Shown: positions 27,204-37,611, counted from the first letter of the stretch. The stretch: 64,000 nucleotides of DNA from an uncultured Muribaculaceae bacterium (GCA_964453925.1 CAYVPV010000001.1:46524-110523); one strand, 5' to 3'. The notes: generated by a model from the sequence alone, not told the origin. Made by a program: numbers and translations.

Positions 27204-28223
27204 ATGAGTACAACTATGTTTAGTTCTTTAGATGTATCAGATAAAAAACGTTTAATTCATGAATTAAGGGACTTTTATATACCATATAGAAAAAGTTTAG
27301 ATTTGCCTAAATATGCTAGTTTTGGTGGGGAGATAGAATTTAGTATTAAAGGCTATGATTATAGTTATAAGCAAAATTTAAAAAAGGCAGGTTACGGAAG
27401 TACTACTGCATTTGAATTTATGAACAGTATAGGAACCCCTAAAATATGGAAAATAAAAGATGAAATAGGATCTAGAATAGAAGTTGAAACGGATGTTTTA
27501 GGTGATGATAAAGATACATGGGATACCCTAAAATATTTATTATCTTTCTTAATTGAAAAAGGTGCTTACTATAATGGTGAGGGAGGTTCACATGTCCATG
27601 CAGGTATGCAGATAATTGGAAATGATTTTGAAAAATGGAAATTGTTTTTAAAGTTATGGGCATGTTATGAGGAAGAAATTATAAGGTTTACTAATGGTGA
27701 ATACTATTTTGATAGAGAAAAGATGAATTTTTATGCTGATAGAAGTAAAAAAATAATTTTTGAATGGTTAAATGATGAAGAGTTGCAAAGAGAAAAAAGA
27801 ATTACTAATAAGCTTACGTATCAAGAACAAAATATAGATTTTTCAAACCCTAATAATATTAAAAAATATATTTCACCAGATAAATATTTTAATAATGACA
27901 AAAATGTAACCGTGGAATTTAGATCACCAAATCTAACATTAAATCATATTATATGGCAAAATAATATTAATTTATTTATTAAAATGATGCTGGCGGTTAC
28001 TAAAGAAGATTTTGATTTAGAAAAACTTGAATACAGATATGTTAATGAAAAAAATGTTGATATTTTAGAAAAAATTTCTTCTGATGAAAAAGCTTTCGAA
28101 TTATGTGATCTAATTTTTGATAATGATTTTGATAAACATTGTTTTTTAAGACAATATTATAAGGATTTTGATATTCCTATAAAAGAAAACAAGATGATTA
28201 AATCAAAACCATTTTGGAGATAA
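27204..28223 (+). CDS. putative amidoligase-family (glutamine synthetase-like fold) protein
   Basis: GGEIEFS, WKIKDEIGSRIEVETDVL, GGSHVHAG and VEFRSPNLTLN match the motif order I recall for the Amidoligase_2 family. Confidence 0.5.
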   Translation: MSTTMFSSLDVSDKKRLIHELRDFYIPYRKSLDLPKYASFGGEIEFSIKGYDYSYKQNLKKAGYGSTTAFEFMNSIGTPKIWKIKDEIGSRIEVETDVLGDDKDTWDTLKYLLSFLIEKGAYYNGEGGSHVHAGMQIIGNDFEKWKLFLKLWACYEEEIIRFTNGEYYFDREKMNFYADRSKKIIFEWLNDEELQREKRITNKLTYQEQNIDFSNPNNIKKYISPDKYFNNDKNVTVEFRSPNLTLNHIIWQNNINLFIKMMLAVTKEDFDLEKLEYRYVNEKNVDILEKISSDEKAFELCDLIFDNDFDKHCFLRQYYKDFDIPIKENKMIKSKPFWR

Positions 28224-28349
28224 TGATATAAACTGTAAAATATTAAAAATTTAATATTAAGGATGGATAAAATAAGAAATAGTCATATTGCTATTTCTTT
28301 TAATTAATGCTAAAATATAAGTATCTTATTAAAGATAGGAGTTGATAAT

Positions 28350-28592
28350 ATGTCATCTACGACTTATTTGTTTAATATTGAAAATATTAACGAAGCATTA
28401 GTTAAAGAAACGATTAAAGAAGTATGCGAGGCATTGAAAGAAAGAGGATATAATCCAGTTAATCAGTTAGTTGGATATCTAATGAGTGGGGATCCTGGTT
28501 ATATTTCTAATCATAAAGAAGCTAGAAATAAAATACTTAAGATAGATAGAAGTAAAATTCTTGAAATATTAATAAAGGAATATTTAAATTAA
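28350..28592 (+). CDS. ireB: IreB-family regulatory phosphoprotein (UPF0297)
   Basis: 80 aa. ALKERGYNPVNQLVGYLMSGDPGYISNHKEARN is the UPF0297 signature. Confidence 0.75.
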   Translation: MSSTTYLFNIENINEALVKETIKEVCEALKERGYNPVNQLVGYLMSGDPGYISNHKEARNKILKIDRSKILEILIKEYLN

Positions 28593-29023
28593 TGAGAATA
28601 ATAGGACTTGATTTGGGCACGAAAACGCTTGGTGTTGCAATAAGCGATTTAACGGAAACTATTGCAACCGGTATTACTACTTTAAGATTTGAAGAAAATA
28701 GACCAGAAGAGTGTTTAGATGAGTTGAATAAGATAATAGAAGAATATGGTGTTTCTTACATCGTTATTGGGCTCCCCAAAAACATGAATAATACTTTAGG
28801 CGTAGCGGTAGAAAGAACGAGAAACTTTATAAAAACATTAGAAGATAAATTTAAACTTCCAATATATGAGCAGGATGAAAGGCTATCTTCCGTTAGTGCA
28901 AACAACGTTTTATTACAGGCAGATGTTTCAAGAAAAAAAAGAAAATCCAAGGTGGATGGTGTTGCAGCTACAATAATTTTGCAAAATTATTTAGATATAA
29001 GAAAGGGAAAAGAAAATGGATAA
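28592..29023 (+). CDS. ruvX: Holliday junction resolvase-like nuclease RuvX (YqgF)
   Basis: MRIIGLDLGTKTLGVAISD N-terminus, GLPKNMNNT and DERLSS motifs. Confidence 0.85.
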   Translation: MRIIGLDLGTKTLGVAISDLTETIATGITTLRFEENRPEECLDELNKIIEEYGVSYIVIGLPKNMNNTLGVAVERTRNFIKTLEDKFKLPIYEQDERLSSVSANNVLLQADVSRKKRKSKVDGVAATIILQNYLDIRKGKENG

Positions 29024-29318
29024 CAAAAACGAAGTAAAACAAGACAATACGTTTACGATTGTAAATGATGATGGAAAAGAAATTAAGTGTGAAATACTTT
29101 TCACTTATGAAGATGAAAAAACTAAAAAAAACTATATGGCATACACTGATAATACAACTGATGAAGAGGGAAATACTAAAGTATATGCTTCAATTTTTAA
29201 TCCGGAAGAAGAAAATCCTGTACTTCTTCCAATTGAAACCGATGAAGAATGGAAATTAATAGAAGGGATTTTAACATCTTTATCAGCTTCACAGGATGAT
29301 GCTGATAAAAGTGAATAA
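29016..29318 (+). CDS. DUF1292 (UPF0473, YrzB-like) protein
   Basis: 100-aa acidic protein with the pattern FTIVNDDGKEIKCEILFTYE. Its position after ruvX matches Bacillus. Confidence 0.7.
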   Translation: MDNKNEVKQDNTFTIVNDDGKEIKCEILFTYEDEKTKKNYMAYTDNTTDEEGNTKVYASIFNPEEENPVLLPIETDEEWKLIEGILTSLSASQDDADKSE

Positions 29319-29400
29319 CAATGTTTACTTTAAAGTGATAAAAAATTGATTTTTATCACTTTTTTTTATATAATTATTATTAGTTTTAGGTGGTGTTGTT

Positions 29401-30003
29401 ATGGATCAAGAATTCTTAATAAAAAAGATAGAAAAGTACGCGGATGAAAAAGGTGTACCTATCATGGAAAAAGAAGGTATGGAGTTTTTAACAGAATTTA
29501 TAAAATTAAACAACGTTAAAAATATTTTAGAAATTGGTAGTGCGATAGGTTACTCAGCAATTAACATGGCTTTAGCAGGAGAGGATGTTACCGTAACGAC
29601 GATAGAAAGAGATAAAGATAGGTATATAGAAGCTGTAAAAAATGTTAAAAAACTAGGTTTGGATTCTAAAATAACGTTAATTCTTGCGGATGCGCTTGAT
29701 TTTAACACTTCCGAAGAATATGATCTTATATTTATTGATGCTGCAAAAAGTCAGTATATTAAGTTTTTTAATAAATTTTCTAAGAATTTAAAGCAAAAAG
29801 GATTTATTGTAACTGATAATATTAATTTTCATGGTTTAACTAATTCTGATAAAAGTAAGATGTCTAGAAATCTAAGACAATTAATTACTAAGCTTGAAAG
29901 ATATATTAACTTTTTAAAAGATAATGAGGAATTTAAGACCAGGTTTTTTGAAGTTGGCGATGGTGTTGCTATATCAAGAAAAAGGAAGAAAAAAAATGAG
30001 TAA
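29401..30003 (+). CDS. class I SAM-dependent O-methyltransferase (YrrM/TrmR-like)
   Basis: ILEIGSAIGYS SAM motif and IFIDAAK. Synteny with the yrrM-yrrN-yrrO block. Confidence 0.7.
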   Translation: MDQEFLIKKIEKYADEKGVPIMEKEGMEFLTEFIKLNNVKNILEIGSAIGYSAINMALAGEDVTVTTIERDKDRYIEAVKNVKKLGLDSKITLILADALDFNTSEEYDLIFIDAAKSQYIKFFNKFSKNLKQKGFIVTDNINFHGLTNSDKSKMSRNLRQLITKLERYINFLKDNEEFKTRFFEVGDGVAISRKRKKKNE

Positions 30004-30817
30004 ATTATTATTAAAAATAAATAAAGATGAAGAATTAATGTACCCTGCTGATGGGTATATTTTGGGTATTAATGAGTTTTCATGGCTTTTTGAAAAAAGA
30101 TATAACATAGAAGAAATAAAAAAAATAAAAGAAGAGAAAAAAAATAAAGAAATTTTTGTATCGTTTAATAGAATTATTTTTAATAATGAATTACAAGATT
30201 ATAAGAATCAATTACTTGAAATAGATAAGTTAGGGTTAAATGGTATTATCGTTGGTGATGTAGCCGCATTAACGTATGATTTAAAGACCGATATTATACT
30301 TGATCAATTACATTTAAATAATAGTTATTATACTATCAATCATTATCAAAATAATGGTTTAAAAGGGGTTTTATTAACAAATGATATAACAAAAAATGAA
30401 ATTGAGGAAATTAAGAATAACACGAATGTTTTATTATTTAAACAAGTTTTTGGATACCCTCATTTATCTACCTCAAACAGAAAGCTAGTAACTAACTATT
30501 TAAGCCATTTTAAACTTTTAGGTAATTCCTCATTTTATGAAATAAAAGAAAATAATAGTAATAATGTATATAAGATTATTGAAGATGAGTTTGGAAGCCA
30601 TATACTTGGTGATAAAATTCTTAATTTACTTGGAGAAGACTTAAACATTGATTATGAAATAATAGACGGATATTTAATTGATAATGTCAAAGACGTTTTA
30701 AATGTATTTATAAATGGTGATGTTTCTAAAAAAGAATTAATTGATGAAACTTATAACGCTGATACCGGTTTTATTAATAAAAAAACCATATACAAGGTGA
30801 AGAAAGATGAAAGATAA
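29996..30817 (+). CDS. peptidase U32 family protein (YrrN-like)
   Basis: An internal ATG at 29996 overlaps the upstream stop. It is paired with the larger U32 gene, as in Bacillus yrrN/yrrO. Confidence 0.6.
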   Translation: MSKLLLKINKDEELMYPADGYILGINEFSWLFEKRYNIEEIKKIKEEKKNKEIFVSFNRIIFNNELQDYKNQLLEIDKLGLNGIIVGDVAALTYDLKTDIILDQLHLNNSYYTINHYQNNGLKGVLLTNDITKNEIEEIKNNTNVLLFKQVFGYPHLSTSNRKLVTNYLSHFKLLGNSSFYEIKENNSNNVYKIIEDEFGSHILGDKILNLLGEDLNIDYEIIDGYLIDNVKDVLNVFINGDVSKKELIDETYNADTGFINKKTIYKVKKDER

Positions 30818-32018
30818 AAAAATAGAATTATTAGCACCAGCGGGTGATATTGAAAAGTTAAAGTGGGCAATTAGTTATGGTGCGGATGCAGTTTACTTAG
30901 GTGGCGTAAATTATAGTTTACGTGCAAACGCAAAGAATTTTACACTAAATGAAATTAAAGAAGCTGTAAACTATGCACATAAGCGTAATGCTAAAGTTTA
31001 CGTAACGGTTAACATTGTTTTTCATAATGATGATGTAAATGGATTAGAAGAGTATTTAAAAAAACTAGATGATATTGATGTTGACGCGGTAATATTTAGT
31101 GACCCATTAGTAATAGATATAGTTAAAAAGAATAACTTAAAATTAGAACTTCATTTAAGTACCCAAGCCTCTATCTTAAATAAAGATGCCGCTAATTATT
31201 ACATAAAACAAGGCGTATCAAGAATAGTTTTGGCAAGAGAGTGTTCTAAAAGTGATATTAAAAACATAATAGATGAAACAGGAGTAGAAATAGAATGCTT
31301 TATTCATGGTGCAATGTGTACTAATTTATCAGGTAGATGCGTACTATCAAACTACTTTACAAACAGAGATGCTAATCGTGGTGGCTGTTGCCAAGTTTGT
31401 AGGTTTAACTTTAATCTTTATGATGATAATAAAAATAAAATATCAAAAGATGACAATTTTTCAATTGCGCCAAAAGATTTATCATTAGTAGATTACATTA
31501 ATGATATGATTAATATAGGTGTATCATCATTTAAGTTGGAAGGAAGAATGCGTTCTGTTTATTACATTGCAACGATTGTTTCAGTTTATCGAAAAATAAT
31601 TGATATGTATAGTAACAACTTAAAAGATGAAGAATATATTAATAGAGCAAAGAAAATATTGTATAGATGTGCCAACCGTGATGTGGCTGCTCAATTTTTT
31701 GATAAAAAACCGGGCGAAAAAGAACAATATTACGGTTCTAGGCAAGAAGACTCTAACCAAGATTTTCTAGGAATAGTGTTAGGCTATGACGAGAAAAAAA
31801 AGGAAGCTATAATTGAACAAAGAAACTATTTTAAACCAGGTGATAAAGTAACTATCTTTGGACCAGATAAAGAAGATTATTCGTTTGTTATTAATACTTT
31901 AACCGATGAAGATGGAAACACGCTAGATGCCGCAAGACATCCAAGGGAAATAGTTAGAATTAATTGTGGTATAAGGGTTAATAAAAATGATTTAATGCGT
32001 GTCAACTTTTTGGATTGA
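30807..32018 (+). CDS. peptidase U32 family protein (YrrO-like)
   Basis: ELLAPAG, GADAVYLGG, the Cys cluster CTNLSGRCVLSNY...GGCCQVCR and SFKLEGRMRS. Confidence 0.8.
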   Translation: MKDKKIELLAPAGDIEKLKWAISYGADAVYLGGVNYSLRANAKNFTLNEIKEAVNYAHKRNAKVYVTVNIVFHNDDVNGLEEYLKKLDDIDVDAVIFSDPLVIDIVKKNNLKLELHLSTQASILNKDAANYYIKQGVSRIVLARECSKSDIKNIIDETGVEIECFIHGAMCTNLSGRCVLSNYFTNRDANRGGCCQVCRFNFNLYDDNKNKISKDDNFSIAPKDLSLVDYINDMINIGVSSFKLEGRMRSVYYIATIVSVYRKIIDMYSNNLKDEEYINRAKKILYRCANRDVAAQFFDKKPGEKEQYYGSRQEDSNQDFLGIVLGYDEKKKEAIIEQRNYFKPGDKVTIFGPDKEDYSFVINTLTDEDGNTLDAARHPREIVRINCGIRVNKNDLMRVNFLD

Positions 32019-32044
32019 CAAAAATAAAAAAATATAGTAATATG
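32016..32044 (+). promoter_or_regulatory. sigma-A promoter for greA (TTGACA, 17-nt spacer, TAATAT)
   Basis: ttgacaaaaataaaaaaatatagtaatat overlaps the preceding stop codon. Confidence 0.5.
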
Positions 32045-32078
32045 ATAGCCATGTTTAATTTTATTTGAGGTGAACATT

Positions 32079-32546
32079 ATGAAAAAAGAAAAAGAAATTT
32101 ATTTAACTAGTGAAGGATTTTTAAAGTTAGAAGAAGAGCTTAATGATGCTAAACAAGTTAAAAGACCAGAAATAATTCAAGCTATTAAGGAAGCTAGAGC
32201 ATTAGGTGATTTATCCGAAAACGCAGAGTATTCTTCAGCAAGAGAAAACCAAGCTAAATTAGAAGCTAGAATAAAAGAAATTGAATACACTTTAGAACAT
32301 GCAACAATAATTGAAAATAAAGGTGACGGAGTAATTGGTGTTGGTTCAGTAGTTACAATCGCATACGATGAAGATGATACTGAAGAATATACAATCGTTG
32401 GTACAAACGAAGCCGATCCATTCGAAAATAAGATTTCTAATGAATCTCCAATTGCAAAGGCTGTTATTGGTAAAATGGTTGGAGATAAAGTATCAGTTGA
32501 ATCTCCAAACGGAAGTTTTGATGTAGAAATAGTAAAGGTAGCGTAG
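32079..32546 (+). CDS. greA: transcription elongation factor GreA
   Basis: RBS gaggtga upstream. IKEARALGDLSENAEYSSARE and ISNESPIAKAVIGK motifs. Confidence 0.9.
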   Translation: MKKEKEIYLTSEGFLKLEEELNDAKQVKRPEIIQAIKEARALGDLSENAEYSSARENQAKLEARIKEIEYTLEHATIIENKGDGVIGVGSVVTIAYDEDDTEEYTIVGTNEADPFENKISNESPIAKAVIGKMVGDKVSVESPNGSFDVEIVKVA

Positions 32547-32612
32547 GCTATCTTTTTTGTTGATTTTTAGTAATTTAAAAGTATAATAATTAATCAAAGG
32601 GAGATAGAACAT

Positions 32613-33053
32613 ATGAATATTGAAGAACTAAGAAAAGTTATAGAAAAGCTAAGAAAATATGAAGTATATATTGAAGATTCTTTTGCGTTTATAAGTAGTT
32701 TAAATAAAAGGCAAATAAACAATATTTTGGATTTTAATCCCGAAGAAAAAGATTTTATGAATGAAAATGAATGGTATACTTATTTAATTAACTACGCAGA
32801 TGTTTTGGGAAATTTAAACTTATTAAATTATGATAAATTTAATGAAGTTGTTGATGTACTGTTTTCAAAGCTAAATGAAATGTTATACAAACATAAGGAT
32901 ACGTTTAATTCTTATGCACATGGTATTAGAAAAATAATGGAATGCAAGAGTGCTATAGAAAATGATACAGCTTACAATGATGTTAATCGTATAACCGAAA
33001 AAAATACACTGTTATATAATGAGAAAAAATGGAATATTAGTATCATCCCGTGA
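32613..33053 (+). CDS. hypothetical protein (possibly the 5' part of a frameshifted gene continuing in 33019..33747)
   Basis: ORF with RBS agggag. It overlaps the next ORF by 35 nt around an A6 run at 33024-33029. Confidence 0.45.
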   Translation: MNIEELRKVIEKLRKYEVYIEDSFAFISSLNKRQINNILDFNPEEKDFMNENEWYTYLINYADVLGNLNLLNYDKFNEVVDVLFSKLNEMLYKHKDTFNSYAHGIRKIMECKSAIENDTAYNDVNRITEKNTLLYNEKKWNISIIP

Positions 33054-33747
33054 ATTAAAAACGTTGTCTGATTGTGTATCTAAAATGATAGATTTGGCTT
33101 CAAATGAAAATTCAATAAATGGTAAAACACATAATTTAGCCATGCAGTTAATTTATGATAGTACTGATAGTTCTGTAGCTGATTCAATAAAAAAAGTAGA
33201 AACAAGTGAGTTATATTTAGATGACTTAAATACAAAAAAAGAAGTAATAATGACTATTGCAAAAAAAGAGGCTTCTTTTGCTAAAGTGATAGCAAATTTT
33301 GTTACAAATAAAACTGTAAGAAAATCTAAGGATTTTCTTTATGAATTAAAGTGTATGGACATTGTAAAAAATATTGATGAAATTAAGACGTGGTACAATG
33401 TTTTAATTAGTGAAAGTGTTCAAAAAAGTAAACATCTTTATTTTATTATTAATTCAATTCACTATATCAATCCAGACTATTTAGGCTTATTAGAAAAAAT
33501 TTGTTTAGATGAAACTTGTTTATGTAGTTCTGATTTTGATAAAAAGGTGAATATTATAATTAATTCTATAAGTTTAGAAGAGGCTAAGAAAAATATAAGT
33601 ATAATATTAAATAATTCAAACGATTATGACGATTTAGATGTTATTTTATATAATGCTATGATGTATGTTGATGAAAATAATAATGAAAAGGATTTAGATA
33701 TACCACCTGAGGTATTGAGAATGACTAAACCTAACCAAATAATGTAA
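33019..33747 (+). CDS. hypothetical helical-repeat protein (possible continuation of 32613..33053)
   Basis: Repeat-like motifs INGKTHNLAMQLIY, VRKSKDFLYELKCM and VQKSKHLYFIINSI resemble those in ORF 1582..2841. Confidence 0.45.
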   Translation: MRKNGILVSSRELKTLSDCVSKMIDLASNENSINGKTHNLAMQLIYDSTDSSVADSIKKVETSELYLDDLNTKKEVIMTIAKKEASFAKVIANFVTNKTVRKSKDFLYELKCMDIVKNIDEIKTWYNVLISESVQKSKHLYFIINSIHYINPDYLGLLEKICLDETCLCSSDFDKKVNIIINSISLEEAKKNISIILNNSNDYDDLDVILYNAMMYVDENNNEKDLDIPPEVLRMTKPNQIM

Positions 33748-33769
33748 ATGATAAGAAAGGAGTTACTAT

Positions 33770-34340
33770 ATGAAAAAATATTATTGATATCAACTGGAGG
33801 AACAATTTCTCAAATTCATACCGAAGATGGTATTGCTGTAAGTAATGAAAATTCTGCAACAGGTGATACAGTTGTATCAAATCTATTTGCTATTTCAGGA
33901 TAAAGTTAGGTATTGAAGTGATAAATTCTAAAAATATTTTAAATAAAGATAGTTCTAATATAATCCCAGAAGATTGGAAGTTTATTGTTAATACTATTTC
34001 TGATAATTATGATGACTATGATGCTTTCGTTGTAACTCACGGAACAAATACAATGGGGGGTATACATGCGCAGTAGTTTCTTTTGCTCTTCAAAATATAG
34101 GAAAACCAGTTGTATTTACAGGGGATCAAGCATCTTATGGAATACCAGGAACAGATGCTTTAATGAATTTGGAAAATGTATTTAGAGTTTTATGTGAGCA
34201 TAAAGAAATAATAAGGGTATTCTTTGTTTTTGGAAGTAAGATCATAACTGGCACAAGAGTAAAAAAACAGAATATGACTATGATGCAAATGAGATTATAG
34301 CAAAGGTTTCCTTTAAAGACCGACATTTATTCTTTAAATA
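33770..34340 (+). pseudogene. ansA: L-asparaginase (type I, AnsA-like) pseudogene, multiply frameshifted and 3'-truncated
   Basis: RBS aaggag plus an ATG at 33770 that goes out of frame after an A6 run. The shifted frames read (MK)KILLISTGGTISQIHTEDG..., ...DAFVVTHGTNTMG... and ...GKPVVFTGDQASYGIPGTDALMNL..., which are asparaginase signatures. The total is only about 570 nt. Confidence 0.7.
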
Positions 34341-34507
34341 AAATTATACTAAATTTTTAATTATTTTCTTTTACATTAATCTTAACAAATACCTAAACGC
34401 AAAATAAATATTGCATTTAAAATTAATTTATGTTAATATAATTTGCAAAATAAATTATACGAAAAATAATATGTTAATATAATTTATATTATACGAGGAG
34501 TTTTTTT

Positions 34508-34810
34508 ATGAAAAGATTTGGTATTGATAAAGAAAGAGACTTAAAAGTAGAAAGGGCTTTGACTGCTTCAAGTTGTATTGAGTTTATGGCAGGATTAGGG
34601 ATTACTTTTTATAATGTGTTAAATATTACAGGGAATATTAAACCACTGGAGGTAATTGCGGGAGTAGCTTTTGGTACTAGTTTGATTTCTATGATTTCAT
34701 CTGCAAAAATAGGTGATAAAATTGAATATACACATTATTCAGACGCCAATTTAAATTCATATGGTAGTATAGAAGAACATGGTGATTCTATTAAAATTAA
34801 GTTTAAATAG
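34508..34810 (+). CDS. hypothetical small membrane protein (100 aa, two predicted TM helices)
   Basis: RBS gaggag upstream and two hydrophobic segments. No family recognised. Confidence 0.4.
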   Translation: MKRFGIDKERDLKVERALTASSCIEFMAGLGITFYNVLNITGNIKPLEVIAGVAFGTSLISMISSAKIGDKIEYTHYSDANLNSYGSIEEHGDSIKIKFK

Positions 34811-34880
34811 CATTGATTAAATTTTGATATGGTGTGTGTTATACGATAATCTACATCCGATTTAAAGGGGAAAAATTTGT

Positions 34881-35447
34881 ATGAAAAATAAAAAAGCACT
34901 AAAAAAATAGGAGTACTAGCTTTGGCTGAAATTATGGCTTCATCTATTTCGGGCTGTAAACCCGAAATAGATAAAACTGAACCAGAAAATGCAAGTGATA
35001 AAATATATTTACAAAATGAAGAAAACATGGAACTAGTTGTAATTGGTCTTGAAGAAATATAGAACAATTCATGTGAATTAAAAGAAAAATATGGTTACTT
35101 TATGAATGATGAAAAAACATCTTTTTATGACGCGCTAAGTAAAGAAACATTAGATTTAGAAATATATAATGACGTATATAATATATATTACACCTCTTTT
35201 GAGAACATTTTATCATCTAAAGATTACGTTCTTGTAAAAAGTTCTGGTTATATTAATAAAGACTATTTAGAAAAAAATAGGAAATAGTTATTATTTTTTC
35301 AAAGATAACGACGGGAATTGTAAATTAACAACAGGATTTTTAAATGATTATATATCTTTTGATGGAGCATACGTAGATACCGTTAAAATTAATTATGAAG
35401 ATAGTGAAGCTAAAATGGAAGGAACTACTTTAGCAAAAGTAAAATAG
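34881..35447 (+). pseudogene. lipoprotein pseudogene (two homopolymer frameshifts plus one in-frame TAG)
   Basis: MKNKKALKK then a shift in an A7 run, giving IGVLALAEIMASSISGC (lipobox). An in-frame TAG lies at 35059-35061. A second shift in the A7 run at 35271-35277 links to ...GNSYYFFKDNDGNCKL...TTLAKVK. Confidence 0.55.
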
Positions 35448-35576
35448 GAAATATTTATAATAAAAATGGTTACGTTTACGTATGTAGCTGTTTTTTTTAC
35501 ATTAATGAAGGTTAGTCCTTGTAAAACGAATATAAATACGTTATAATACTAAGTGATTTAGGGAGGAATTAAATTT

Positions 35577-36842
35577 ATGGCAGAGAAAAAAGAAAAGAAA
35601 GCTAAAAACATCCATGAAGTAACCGTTAAAATAAATGGTGATGCATGGAAAAAAAAGCTGGATGAGACGTTTAAAAAAGTAATTAAAACAGTTGAAATAG
35701 ATGGTTTTAGGCAAGGAAAGGCGCCAAGAAGCGTTTTTGAAAAGAAATACGGGAAACAATCACTTGTTGTTGAAGCAGTAGATGCATGCATGCAAGATGC
35801 TTACAAAGAAGCTTTAGAAAAATTCAAGGGCGAACCTATCATGCAACCTACCGTTGCAATTGATAAAGCTGACGAAGAAGGAGTAGTTTATGTATTTACG
35901 TTCACTACTAAACCAGAGGTTAAAATTAAAAAATATACGGGATTAAACGTAAAAAAAGATACTGTTAAAGTAACTAAAAAAGACGTTGATGCTGAAATAG
36001 AAAAAATGAGAAAAGAATATGCTGACTTACAAGTTAAAGATGGAAAAGCAGAAGAGGGGGATACCGTTATAATCGACTTTGAAGGATTTGACGGAGATAA
36101 AGCATTCGAAGGTGGAAAGGCAGAAAATCACGCATTAGAATTAGGAAGTCACTCATTTATACCTGGTTTTGAAGAAGCATTAATTGGCGTTAAAGCCGGA
36201 GATAAAAAAGATGTTAACGTAACTTTTCCAGAGGATTATCATGCTGAAGATTTAAAAGGAAAACCAGTAGTATTTAAAGTAACTGTTCACGAAGTAAAAA
36301 CGAAAGTTTATCCAGAATTAAACGAAGACTTCTTCTTGGATTTAGGCTTAGAAGATGTTAAAACTAAAGAAGATTTAGAAAAAACAGTTAAAGAAACAAT
36401 GACTGAACAAATGGAATATAAAGCTGAAAATAAATACGTTGATGAGTTATTTGAAGCATTACTTAAAGAAACAAGTGTTGAAGTTCCTCATGAATTAATC
36501 CATGAGGAATTAGACAGAATGGTTGCACAATATGGTGAAAGATTACAAATGCAAGGTCTTACTTTAGAACAGTTTTATAAATTTACTAACTCTTCTGAAG
36601 AAGCATTAAAGGAACAAATGCACGAAGAAGCAGAAAAAAGAGTTAAACTTCGTTTTGCAATAGACGAAATAATCGAACTTGAAAAAATAGATGCTACTAA
36701 TGAAGAAGCAGAAAAAGATGCTGAAGAAAAGGCTAAAAAACATGGCATTGAAAAAGATGAATACATCAAATCGTTTGGCGGAATTGAAATGCTTAAATAT
36801 GATATAAAAGTACAAAAAGTATTAGATATTTTAAAGAAATAA
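35577..36842 (+). CDS. tig: trigger factor
   Basis: GFRQGKAPRSVFEKKYG, an FKBP-type PPIase region (IDFEGFDGDKAFEGG, FIPGFEEAL) and a 421-aa length. Confidence 0.9.
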   Translation: MAEKKEKKAKNIHEVTVKINGDAWKKKLDETFKKVIKTVEIDGFRQGKAPRSVFEKKYGKQSLVVEAVDACMQDAYKEALEKFKGEPIMQPTVAIDKADEEGVVYVFTFTTKPEVKIKKYTGLNVKKDTVKVTKKDVDAEIEKMRKEYADLQVKDGKAEEGDTVIIDFEGFDGDKAFEGGKAENHALELGSHSFIPGFEEALIGVKAGDKKDVNVTFPEDYHAEDLKGKPVVFKVTVHEVKTKVYPELNEDFFLDLGLEDVKTKEDLEKTVKETMTEQMEYKAENKYVDELFEALLKETSVEVPHELIHEELDRMVAQYGERLQMQGLTLEQFYKFTNSSEEALKEQMHEEAEKRVKLRFAIDEIIELEKIDATNEEAEKDAEEKAKKHGIEKDEYIKSFGGIEMLKYDIKVQKVLDILKK

Positions 36843-36883
36843 AAACAAAAGACAACTAGTTTGTCTTTTATTATGAGGTAATT

Positions 36884-37495
36884 ATGTCAAGAACAGTATT
36901 AAATGTGTTAGAAGAGGGAATAAAAAGTGTGGGTTTAGAAAATATAGATAAAAATTACGAATGGATATTAAATGATTTTTATAAAAAGTGTTGTGTTATT
37001 GATCCTAAAAGAGATTATACTCCTAAAACTGGTAAATATAGTGAAATATATCGTTGCTTTAATAGTAAACGTGAATCTAGTACTTTAGAAGTTAACATTG
37101 ATAATGAAAATATTATTAAGGTAAAACAGTTTAATGATCATTTTAGTAATATATTAACGATTACACCTGAACCTATAAACCCTATTGTTAAAAGATATAA
37201 TTTACTTAGAGTCGGTATTTTAACGCTTGAAAAAATATCGTCGGTTTACTATGAAGAAGATATTACAACTAATTTGGATAAATTAACTATTAGTAGTACA
37301 GGTGGTACTTTAGAATCATATAAAGATGATGAAGTAGAATATTATAGAGCTTTTTGCTATAATCCTGCTATTAATGAGATATCCTTTTATACTGATTGTG
37401 ATTTAGTAATGACAAAAAAGACTTCGTTTGAAGACTATGTAAGATCTATGTATAGAAAATTTAATATAAATATCACTAATAAAGGGTCATTTTAA
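36884..37495 (+). CDS. hypothetical protein
   Basis: 203-aa ORF lying between tig and lon, where clpX sits in Bacillus. No family recognised. Confidence 0.5.
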   Translation: MSRTVLNVLEEGIKSVGLENIDKNYEWILNDFYKKCCVIDPKRDYTPKTGKYSEIYRCFNSKRESSTLEVNIDNENIIKVKQFNDHFSNILTITPEPINPIVKRYNLLRVGILTLEKISSVYYEEDITTNLDKLTISSTGGTLESYKDDEVEYYRAFCYNPAINEISFYTDCDLVMTKKTSFEDYVRSMYRKFNINITNKGSF

Positions 37496-37611
37496 ATGAT
37501 CTTTTTATTATAAAAATTTCCAATAATAAATGAAGAGATTATCTTGACTTTTACGCATCTTAGTTTATAATAAAAAGTAAAATTTATGTTTGTGTGAAGG
37601 GAGATTTATTT

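Noticed and set aside
34429-34485. Two copies of tatgttaatataattt 41 bp apart, upstream of the small membrane ORF
   Set aside because: These are short AT-rich duplicates containing -10-like TATAAT sequences. They are most simply tandem promoter-like elements or chance matches in AT-rich intergenic DNA. I have no further support for an operator or mobile-element end.
37496-37611. Search for CtsR or CIRCE heat-shock operators upstream of lon
   Set aside because: Only a sigma-A-like promoter (TTGACT, 17 nt, TATAAT) is visible. There is no GGTCAAA direct repeat and no TTAGCACTC-N9-GAGTGCTAA palindrome.
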